Virus genome (UHGV): UHGV-1364951
Reading direction: 5' to 3' (one strand)
Length of the DNA stretch: 46,583 nt
From: a virus
Made by a program: the position numbers and the translations under genes. The notes beneath the pieces are model-generated. The model was not told the origin of the DNA. It did no database searches and saw nothing but the letters and a program-made list of their open reading frames with translations. Positions 28,537 through 35,687 of the stretch are shown here, piece after piece (the first letter of the stretch is position 1; every line of letters starts with the position of its first letter).

Positions 28537-29421
28537 ATGCGATACGACTGGAAGGATATAGAGCCTTTAATGGTAGGAAACTGGCAGGCTGCCATCATGT
28601 CGATAGTTAATGTCGACATGAGAATTTTCAATGGCAAGCATCAGCCATGCCCGAGCTGTGGCGGCAATGATCGGTTCAGATTTGATGACCACCTCGACTA
28701 CAAAGGTGACGGCGGCGCCATCTGCAACCAGTGCGGAAACGGCAGCGGAATCACCTGGCTAATGAAGCTGTCAGGAATGACGTTTCCAGAGTCAATGGAG
28801 GCACTGGCCGGATTTCTGAACATGCACCCACGCGAAAAACTTGAGGCGATTAGAAAGCAACTTCCGAAGGTCAACCATGCTTCTGACTACCTGACAGAGG
28901 CAGAAGTGGCGGCCATCATGGGAAAGGCAGGAGGCGACACTATAACTGGTAAAACTGGCGAACTGGTGGCGATACCACTCTATATGGCTGGAACTATGAC
29001 TCCGTGCAACGTGGCTTTTCTGGCAGACGATGAAAGTGTGTCATTTCGCGCGGGTTTTAGCCATGAATACACTCGCGGAAGACTTACGCGAGGTGCAGTT
29101 ACACCCATCGGCGATAAGACTGAATGGACATACCTGGTTGCGGATTACTTAGATGCCTGGCGAGCGCATCAGCTTACCGGTGCTCATGTCTGGTGTTGCT
29201 GGTCGCCGGAAAACATGTGGGAAGTTGTGCGCAATGTGAGCGATGAACAGCGAGCTAAACTTCGCTGCATCATTAATAATAATTTCGACGAGGTATGCGC
29301 CGCCGAGAATGCTGGCCTGCCAATACTGATTACTGATGATGGTCATGATATCCGTTACAGCGGCGCCATCAGAAAAAGACTATATAAACCAGAAGAGCTA
29401 TTTGAAGCACTAAAAAAATAA
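28537..29421 (+). CDS. putative DNA primase (zinc-binding + Toprim-like)
   Basis: ATG at 28537 (track ORF starts at 28477); CPSCGG…CNQCG zinc motif; C-terminal ILITDDGHD; strong terminator follows. Confidence 0.45.
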   Translation: MRYDWKDIEPLMVGNWQAAIMSIVNVDMRIFNGKHQPCPSCGGNDRFRFDDHLDYKGDGGAICNQCGNGSGITWLMKLSGMTFPESMEALAGFLNMHPREKLEAIRKQLPKVNHASDYLTEAEVAAIMGKAGGDTITGKTGELVAIPLYMAGTMTPCNVAFLADDESVSFRAGFSHEYTRGRLTRGAVTPIGDKTEWTYLVADYLDAWRAHQLTGAHVWCCWSPENMWEVVRNVSDEQRAKLRCIINNNFDEVCAAENAGLPILITDDGHDIRYSGAIRKRLYKPEELFEALKK

Positions 29422-29445
29422 ACCCTCCTGATGGAGGGTTTTTGT
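29421..29445. terminator. bidirectional intrinsic terminator
   Basis: aaccctcctgatggagggttttt. Confidence 0.65.
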
Positions 29446-29636
29446 TATCGTATCATCAGTCTATTTATATCAACACTTGCATGAAGATGGCGATGCCAGT
29501 AACTATCAATAACATGATAGTTTGATATTAACCAGCAGCCGTGCAATTTACTCCAGAAAAACCAAACACTCCAACCATAAGGCCTAAAATGATATGCGCC
29601 TTCTGACCTTACTAAGTAACCTTTTATCTTCATCAT
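29445..29636 (-). CDS. hypothetical Trp-rich protein (63 aa)
   Basis: ATGA-coupled to the upstream ATPase gene; ends at the terminator. Confidence 0.3.
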   Translation of the reverse strand: MMKIKGYLVRSEGAYHFRPYGWSVWFFWSKLHGCWLISNYHVIDSYWHRHLHASVDINRLMIR

Positions 29637-31186
29637 TTAAGCCTTGGATTAAGGTAAACAGTGTTATTAAGGAATACGCAATATCCATCTTCTTCAAGAG
29701 ACGGCAAAACGTTTGACTTGAGTCTGTCATAAATGTGCGGTATGCCTTTGAATGGTCTAACGTTTTTTAGTGAATCATACAGCCATTTCACCGTGACATT
29801 TGTCTTTCCTTTTTGCGCAGCTGTGCGCAATTTTTCAGCAACCACATCAATTTCTGATTTCTCGCCAGCGTATCCATTTGACTCAACGGCATCGGTAAAT
29901 GTTTTTGTTAGTGCATCATAAACGCTTATGGCGCGACTTATATGCTCCTCACCAATAATTTTTGATCGACGCCCGCCATCGCACCAGTTTTCAGCGGCAT
30001 GGAATATTGCCGAAAGCCTGATTATCTGTTTGTCAGCCTTACCCATGGCACCACGAAGCAAAACGTGATCCCATTTGCCACCTGGCAGGAAATTCTTTTC
30101 CCACTGGTTTCGTAAAAGCCCAATCATACGCTGCGATTCTTTAGCGAGGGAGAAAACAACCTTCTCAGAAGCCACAAGGTTATGCACAAATCTGGCATAT
30201 TCTGCCTTTAGTTCTTTAGGCATTGGCTTACTTACCGGGCAATCATTTTCCACATCCCAATGCTCACGATAACCAAGCATTGACTGCTCACGAAGCATCA
30301 GGAATCGCTCTGACAATCCATTACCTCTGTCACCAGCAGACAGAATGGCGTCAATACTTTCATCCTGTGCAATAACGCTGATGTTACCAAGCACATAGCC
30401 AGATGAAACACCACGACCAACGCGAGCTGAGCCAACAAAACCGCCATCCCAGCCTTTAAGGATGACCTCGGCGTTAGACTTGCCACCATCTTTGCCATAT
30501 GAAAGGCCAAGACAGGTATTTAAAACGCTTGCCTCATCACTTATGAGGTTGAAAAAACCACCCTCATGAATTGCCTGGTGCTGCACTGCTTCTGGTGTCG
30601 CATCGGTTAACGGGTAGGTGATGGTGTAAAGACTTTCCAGTTTTTCCTTCTCTTTCGCGATATCATCTCCAATGATGGCTTTAGCATTCTGATTCGTCGC
30701 CTCTTTGTAGGCCTTCATAAGGTCTTCAATGCGAATGTTTATCTTTACAATTTCCTTCTCCATCTTTTTTGACAGGTTGTCATACTCAATTTTTATCGGG
30801 TTCATGTGCATTGAGTTGATAGCTGTCTTGCCAGCTGATGGCGGCTGCGACGTCACCACGTACAAGGAAACAGGCAATTCAGAACCGTAGTATTCAACGC
30901 TAAAATTTCGCGTCATGGCACTTGCTACGCATCCCAGAAGGTGCATGAATGATGTGCTAACGGGGAATTGCACAGCCCTCGCAGCTGCAACTGAGTAGCG
31001 CGTTATCAGGTCTTTCCTGTTGTCGCTGGTAAGCTCTATCTCTGAGTATGTTACATCCTTCTCCTGCCCTTCCTTGATTTCAGGCCACATGTTGTGGCTT
31101 GGTGTCATGCCATGATGAATGGCTACGCGCGCCGCAGAGGTATGCGCCTCTCTTGCCTGATTGAAGATTTCCTGTGCTGTAATCAT
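29633..31186 (-). CDS. Walker-A ATPase, putative replication initiator/helicase loader (DUF3987-like)
   Basis: 517 aa; Walker A PPSAGKT; located beside the origin-like region and the primase and helicase genes. Confidence 0.4.
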   Translation of the reverse strand: MITAQEIFNQAREAHTSAARVAIHHGMTPSHNMWPEIKEGQEKDVTYSEIELTSDNRKDLITRYSVAAARAVQFPVSTSFMHLLGCVASAMTRNFSVEYYGSELPVSLYVVTSQPPSAGKTAINSMHMNPIKIEYDNLSKKMEKEIVKINIRIEDLMKAYKEATNQNAKAIIGDDIAKEKEKLESLYTITYPLTDATPEAVQHQAIHEGGFFNLISDEASVLNTCLGLSYGKDGGKSNAEVILKGWDGGFVGSARVGRGVSSGYVLGNISVIAQDESIDAILSAGDRGNGLSERFLMLREQSMLGYREHWDVENDCPVSKPMPKELKAEYARFVHNLVASEKVVFSLAKESQRMIGLLRNQWEKNFLPGGKWDHVLLRGAMGKADKQIIRLSAIFHAAENWCDGGRRSKIIGEEHISRAISVYDALTKTFTDAVESNGYAGEKSEIDVVAEKLRTAAQKGKTNVTVKWLYDSLKNVRPFKGIPHIYDRLKSNVLPSLEEDGYCVFLNNTVYLNPRLK

Positions 31187-31444
31187 TTAAACCTCATACT
31201 CGGTTGCAAATGATTCATGTGGGTTTTCAGATAGCCATTGCTTAGCTTTAAGCACGGCTGCGTTTGCCTCTTCTGCCGTTTCAAACCTGCCAAGCTCATA
31301 CCTGAGTCTGTTAACAACAATCCTCGCCCTGAAATATCCAGAGTGCTTATGGAAGTCAACCCCTCTAAACCCGGTAGATGATGGCCTTCCGCCACCGGAT
31401 GATGAAAGTCTTTTTTTCTTAAGTAGCTTTCCATGTGCAGACAT
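31187..31444 (-). CDS. AP2-domain DNA-binding protein
   Basis: 85 aa; GFRGV…GYFRARI…LGRFETAEEA motif typical of AP2/ERF-type domains in phages; stop abuts the ATPase start. Confidence 0.5.
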   Translation of the reverse strand: MSAHGKLLKKKRLSSSGGGRPSSTGFRGVDFHKHSGYFRARIVVNRLRYELGRFETAEEANAAVLKAKQWLSENPHESFATEYEV

Positions 31445-31520
31445 AATTTACCCTCGCTCAAGAATTTTAACCATGATACCCCATAAATTACCCTTCGTAA
31501 AGCGACCACAAACAAACTCC

Positions 31521-31548
31521 GGTTAGGGTTAACTGGGTTAACTGTGGG
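31521..31548. repeat. tandem iterons GGGTTAACT x2 (plus related GGGTTA/GGGTAT copies up to 31710)
   Basis: ggttaGGGTTAACTGGGTTAACTgtgggg. Confidence 0.45.
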
Positions 31549-31810
31549 GAGGCCCATCTTCCCCAATATTTTTTACTGTAAGTGTATGTATAATAATAAT
31601 AATAGTAGTAGTTGGGTTAATTGGGTATATTATTATTCATATTATAGATTTTATTTTAACAATAAATTAACAAATGAATTATATGGGTTATATATAAGGG
31701 GATATGGGTGAAGACATACCCTGCTGCCCCTAAATTGTTAAATTACAATATTAACATTAACTTACCGCGAAAAATCTGGGGCAATTAACCTGCCCCAGCA
31801 CCTTACCCAC

Positions 31811-31827
31811 GGGGGTAAAATTTACCC
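31811..31827. promoter_or_regulatory. perfect 17-bp palindrome GGGGTAAA-A-TTTACCCC (candidate operator)
   Basis: read directly from sequence; a second hairpin ctggggca-attaacc-tgccccag lies at ~31776-31798. Confidence 0.35.
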
Positions 31828-31853
31828 CAATCGGATTTATTTTCACCATCATA

Positions 31854-31882
31854 TTGACGTAGATTGGGAGCCATCGTATAGT
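31854..31882 (+). promoter_or_regulatory. sigma70-like promoter TTGACGtagattg-N10-TATAGT
   Basis: TTGACG, a 17-bp spacer, then TATAGT, 32 bp upstream of the ATG at 31914. Confidence 0.55.
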
Positions 31883-31913
31883 TACCACACCAACAACAAA
31901 GAGGTGATGAAGA

Positions 31914-32120
31914 ATGACGAAGCTCTATAAAGCAGTAGATAAAATGGATGGCAGAGTATCTGCATTTCTTGTAAGGGATAATGGTGATGTTTGTAAAAGT
32001 TTTTGGTACATGGATGATGAGGGTGAAGTTGATGCTGCAAAGCATACCGGTAGCCTACAGACGCCATGCAGAAATGGAATGGACGACGCCATCAACCCTG
32101 TACTCATAGCGGAGTGGTAA
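31914..32120 (+). CDS. hypothetical early protein (68 aa)
   Basis: SD gaggtgatgaagaATG. Confidence 0.4.
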   Translation: MTKLYKAVDKMDGRVSAFLVRDNGDVCKSFWYMDDEGEVDAAKHTGSLQTPCRNGMDDAINPVLIAEW

Positions 32121-32122
32121 TC

Positions 32123-32308
32123 ATGACCAAAGCAATCTACACGCGCACTAAACTGGAACCAGAAATGGGCGCAGTGAAAGCGCAAAACTTTATGATGGCG
32201 CAGGCAATGCATGCATACAGCAACGGTAAGCGAGTCTGTCGCGTTTTTAGCGGAGAAGGCAAGCAGAGAGTGCTTGAGCAGGTTATCGTGTCATCTGGTG
32301 GAAACTAA
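32123..32308 (+). CDS. hypothetical protein (61 aa)
   Basis: ATG at 32123, in frame with track ORF 32066..32308. Confidence 0.35.
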   Translation: MTKAIYTRTKLEPEMGAVKAQNFMMAQAMHAYSNGKRVCRVFSGEGKQRVLEQVIVSSGGN

Positions 32309-32323
32309 ACCGGTTTAGCAACG

Positions 32324-32602
32324 ATGAATAAACTACTGGCAGTGGTTTTACTGGTTATCGCTAACGCAGCAATCGCTGAGACTATATGGGTTACGAAGTA
32401 TGCATTGACCCGTGGCATTCAGAAGTACGAAAGCGCACAGCTATTTGCTGATGGTCAGGTGGCTGTAGTTGGCGATGTTTACTTTAAACGTGGTGAATAC
32501 TGGCTTGATGAGCAACAGGCAAAAGAGCATGCAGAAACTTTGCGGCAACGCCGTGTATCTGCATTGATGCGTGAGCTTGAGCGCTTGCAGGCGGTTAAGT
32601 GA
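32324..32602 (+). CDS. small secreted protein (signal peptide)
   Basis: MNKLLAVVLLVIANAAIA-ETIW…, a cleavable signal followed by a charged helical domain. Confidence 0.45.
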   Translation: MNKLLAVVLLVIANAAIAETIWVTKYALTRGIQKYESAQLFADGQVAVVGDVYFKRGEYWLDEQQAKEHAETLRQRRVSALMRELERLQAVK

Positions 32603-32608
32603 GGATTT

Positions 32609-33058
32609 ATGGATATCGAAATTAAAGAAGTTCAGGAAATTATTAAAAACCTTGAGAGTGGCGGTGAACTCTCAATAAAAGAGGAAAAATACCTCAATGT
32701 TGCAAAGCTGTGCGTGCAGCTGGCTGCGGAGAATGTGGCGCTGAAATTGGCAATACCTGAGCCGAGAAATGTTGAATTCGATAACGACAGCATGGATGAC
32801 GTATCGCTGGCTGAAGATATTGGATTTAACGACGCAATTGGTCAGATGAAAATCAACATTAGTAAAACCCCCGTCACCGATCGCATCGTAGCCGGGATTA
32901 AGGCTGATGGGGTGGAAGAGTTTGCAGCGATGACAGAAAAAGTTGCTGATGAAGAGGAGTTTTACGATCACGGGGAGTATTCTGAGACCCTGAAATACAC
33001 GGCTAAACAAGCAAGATTATTCGCCCAGCAGCTGCGCGAGGGGGCTAATCATGACTGA
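32609..33058 (+). CDS. hypothetical acidic protein (149 aa)
   Basis: track ORF. Confidence 0.4.
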   Translation: MDIEIKEVQEIIKNLESGGELSIKEEKYLNVAKLCVQLAAENVALKLAIPEPRNVEFDNDSMDDVSLAEDIGFNDAIGQMKINISKTPVTDRIVAGIKADGVEEFAAMTEKVADEEEFYDHGEYSETLKYTAKQARLFAQQLREGANHD

Positions 33059-33470
33059 TATCACCGAACTGGCGCAGAGCCTGAAAGCGGCAGCAGAGAA
33101 TGCCGGAATAGAGCAATGGGTTAACAATCGCGGAGAGGTAAACACAGCCGATTATGAGGTGGATGGTGGCATGTATATCGACCACATTTGCGACTGTGAA
33201 ATCGTCGGAACAGAAAGCCCGTGTGCAGAGTTCATTGCCCTGGCTAACCCTGCCAACGTTCTTGCGCTGGTAGAGGCGCTGGAGAAGGCGCAGCGGAGCA
33301 TCGCCGAGCTGGAGTCACGCTTAAACTCTGCTGACAAATTGCAGGACAGTGCATTCCGTAGTGGATTGCAACACGGCTTTAGTCTCGGACAGACAGATGA
33401 CCAAAAAGGTTATGAGCAGAGCATGGCCGCTTATAGCTCCCACGCTGGCATCAAGGTGGAGGCTGAGTAG
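33051..33470 (+). CDS. Ead/Ea22-like protein
   Basis: …ALANPANVLALVEALEKAQ… resembles lambdoid Ea22/EaD-family signatures (sequence recall only). Confidence 0.35.
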   Translation: MTDITELAQSLKAAAENAGIEQWVNNRGEVNTADYEVDGGMYIDHICDCEIVGTESPCAEFIALANPANVLALVEALEKAQRSIAELESRLNSADKLQDSAFRSGLQHGFSLGQTDDQKGYEQSMAAYSSHAGIKVEAE

Positions 33471-33788
33471 ATGAAACCTGCAAATTTTGCCCCTGTGTAC
33501 TGCGCACTTTATCCGGCACTGGCAGAGATAGCCCGCAAGCACGGTTACGCAATGGCTATTCACGGAACGATGGCGCGTGACTTTGACCTTATTTGTATCC
33601 CGTGGGTCGAGACTCCATCAAAACCTGAAGAAGTCGTGGCAGAAATCACCGCAACATATGCGACTACAGATATCACTAACCCTGGCTACAAGCCTCACGG
33701 TCGCCTGGCCTATTCCGTCTGCTTTGGGTTCGGTGAGTTCTTTGCTGACATGTCGTTTATGCCTGTTATCGAAGGAGCCAACCAATGA
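33471..33788 (+). CDS. hypothetical protein (105 aa)
   Basis: track ORF; start overlaps the previous stop. Confidence 0.4.
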   Translation: MKPANFAPVYCALYPALAEIARKHGYAMAIHGTMARDFDLICIPWVETPSKPEEVVAEITATYATTDITNPGYKPHGRLAYSVCFGFGEFFADMSFMPVIEGANQ

Positions 33789-34366
33789 CCAAATCAACCA
33801 TAACCAGAGCGCGCATGCAGGAAATGCTAGAGTGGTGTGAGGTCTTCCGCCGCCACCCTCGCCTAGATGACATTGCCGAGGCTATACGCATGGCGCTGGC
33901 CGCAATGGACAGCAGAGAGTCGGTTGAACTGCCGCTTGACTACCTGCAGGGACACAAAGACGGTCTGGAATGGGCCGCCCAACTGGCAGAAGCCAATCAA
34001 CCTGAAACAGGAGACTGGCTGTACGATAACCCTATCGAGCTGGCAAAAGCAATTCGCAAAGGTCCAGATATGCCGCCAGCGAAGATGGCGGCGCACAGCG
34101 AGCCGGTGGCTTGGGTTGTGCAGAATAAAAATATTGGAGATGTTGAGATAGATGAACCTTTTGCAAAGGCAACAAATCCAAAATATTGGACTGACTCATT
34201 CCCTGTGTATCGCCACGCGCAGCAGCAGGTAGTGCCTGATGAGCTTAAAGAGGCTGCGGCTGACTTTCTCACAGTTCTTGACGAGAACCCGAAACAGTTG
34301 GTTCCGATAAATAGAGATTCAGCCGTAGTTCGCGCCCTACGCGCCGCCATGAAGGAGGTGAAGTGA
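33785..34366 (+). CDS. hypothetical protein (193 aa)
   Basis: track ORF; ATGA-coupled. Confidence 0.45.
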   Translation: MTKSTITRARMQEMLEWCEVFRRHPRLDDIAEAIRMALAAMDSRESVELPLDYLQGHKDGLEWAAQLAEANQPETGDWLYDNPIELAKAIRKGPDMPPAKMAAHSEPVAWVVQNKNIGDVEIDEPFAKATNPKYWTDSFPVYRHAQQQVVPDELKEAAADFLTVLDENPKQLVPINRDSAVVRALRAAMKEVK

Positions 34367-34659
34367 TGGAATGGTATTTCTCCACCGGACTTTTTTTGTG
34401 GATTTTTGCTCAAATAACAAGAGCAGATGAAACAACTGGCATTAAGAATAACATTCTGTGCTTGCTGCTCTTCATTGTGCTGTGGCCAAAGATCATTATG
34501 ACCATTGCTTACAAATTTATCGAGCAAAAGTGGTTGATGTCTAAGTCATCAGCAGAGGTAAAAACCATGAAACCCTACATAATCCGCATGATTATTGCTG
34601 TAGCCTGCGTTGCATTCTGGATTGCTGTTGCGTTATCCGCCTGGTTTATCATGAGGTGA
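34363..34659 (+). CDS. small membrane protein (2 TM)
   Basis: 98 aa with two hydrophobic helices. Confidence 0.4.
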   Translation: MMEWYFSTGLFLWIFAQITRADETTGIKNNILCLLLFIVLWPKIIMTIAYKFIEQKWLMSKSSAEVKTMKPYIIRMIIAVACVAFWIAVALSAWFIMR

Positions 34660-34662
34660 TTT

Positions 34663-34821
34663 ATGTTGTGGAGCAATATTCAGGCTGCATGCGAAGAGGC
34701 TGATTTTCTGTATGAGGAGACTGGTAAGCATCATGCCGTCATTCAGGTTGGCAGCATGATGATGGTGGTTGAGCATAACAGCATGCTTCGGCACATGTAC
34801 TCAACGACGAGGTATCAGTGA
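34663..34821 (+). CDS. hypothetical protein (52 aa)
   Basis: MLWSNIQAACEEADFLYEETGKHHAVIQVGSMMMVVEHNSMLRHMYSTTRYQ; fills a gap; stop overlaps the next start. Confidence 0.3.
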   Translation: MLWSNIQAACEEADFLYEETGKHHAVIQVGSMMMVVEHNSMLRHMYSTTRYQ

Positions 34822-35015
34822 TGCCGCAAAAATCAAAGCAGGAGGTGTGGCAGGCGGCGCAGGTTGAAGGAGTCGACCACTTCATATCAGCAACCGCAAA
34901 AGCCTTTCCTGATGCGATTGAGGTGGTTCACGTTCAAAGCAATAATTGTAATGTTTGGTGTTATGCGAAAACTAATGTACAATCATCTCATCAATCATCA
35001 CCCACCACCCTTTAA
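34821..35015 (+). CDS. hypothetical protein (64 aa)
   Basis: ATG at 34821 (track gives a GTG at 34818); terminator follows. Confidence 0.35.
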   Translation: MPQKSKQEVWQAAQVEGVDHFISATAKAFPDAIEVVHVQSNNCNVWCYAKTNVQSSHQSSPTTL

Positions 35016-35039
35016 CCCGCTTCGGCGGGTTCTTTTTTA
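35013..35039 (+). terminator. rho-independent terminator
   Basis: aacccgcttcggcgggttctttttt. Confidence 0.65.
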
Positions 35040-35095
35040 TCTACGCCATGTGGTAAGATATGTCCTATGTGAGTTACTCAAAGGACACATATAAA

Positions 35096-35539
35096 ATGGC
35101 AAACCCGAACCCTAAGCACAAATTTTCATCCAGCAATCAGCCGCCACCAAGAGGAAAAAGCTACAGAACAGTGCTTCTTGAAGCATTACGTGCTGCAAAT
35201 ACTCCAATGAATGAGATTGAATTCGTCACGTACTACATCAACAAGGCGATGACATGCGAAGACGCTCAGGCCACGGGCATGCTGCGTGAGATATTCCTGC
35301 GACTGAACCCAATTCCAAAGCCTGTGGCCCCCCCTGTTGAGTTTGACTTTCCCACTGACGGCACACCTGTACAGAAGATGGATGCGATTATCAAGGGCGT
35401 CTCTACTGGCGTTGTTCCAGCTGACATTGGCAAGATGATGGCAGACATTCTGAAGGCCGGGCTTGATATCGAAGAGGTAACAGAGCTTGCGGCGCGCCTT
35501 GAGCGTCTTGAGAAATTGCTGGAGCAGCAGAATGTTTAA
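35096..35539 (+). CDS. putative terminase small subunit
   Basis: 147 aa basic/helical protein immediately upstream of TerL (ATG at 35096; track ORF starts at a GTG at 35060). Confidence 0.45.
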   Translation: MANPNPKHKFSSSNQPPPRGKSYRTVLLEALRAANTPMNEIEFVTYYINKAMTCEDAQATGMLREIFLRLNPIPKPVAPPVEFDFPTDGTPVQKMDAIIKGVSTGVVPADIGKMMADILKAGLDIEEVTELAARLERLEKLLEQQNV

Positions 35540-35687
35540 ACTATCAATGTCATTAATGGTCTGCGCCATGCTCATGTTTGCTATGGGTGATAAGTCAAAC
35601 GAGATTGCGTTTGCGATATGGGGCATCATGTTCATGGCTGCATCAACAATAATTAATATTATGGGGCAGCCACGCCATGGCTCGTAA
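35532..35687 (+). CDS. small membrane peptide (51 aa)
   Basis: MFKLSMSLMVCAMLMFAMGDKSNEIAFAIWGIMFMAASTIINIMGQPRHGS; overlaps the TerS end and the TerL start. Confidence 0.3.
   Translation: MFKLSMSLMVCAMLMFAMGDKSNEIAFAIWGIMFMAASTIINIMGQPRHGS

Larger units (their letters stand above)
31445..31913. other. putative replication origin / regulatory hub (AT-rich, iterons, palindromes)
   Basis: non-coding; see the finding on this region. Confidence 0.45.

Noticed and set aside
31183-31566. 127-aa minus ORF overlapping the AP2 gene and extending into the origin-like region
   Set aside because: It overlaps the better-supported AP2 ORF in another frame and runs through iterons and a hairpin. AP2 has a clear domain signature.
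33997-34527. 176-aa minus-strand ORF opposite the 193-aa and 98-aa rightward genes
   Set aside because: Antisense to a tightly ATGA-coupled rightward operon. There is no promoter or SD, and a leftward gene here would be isolated.
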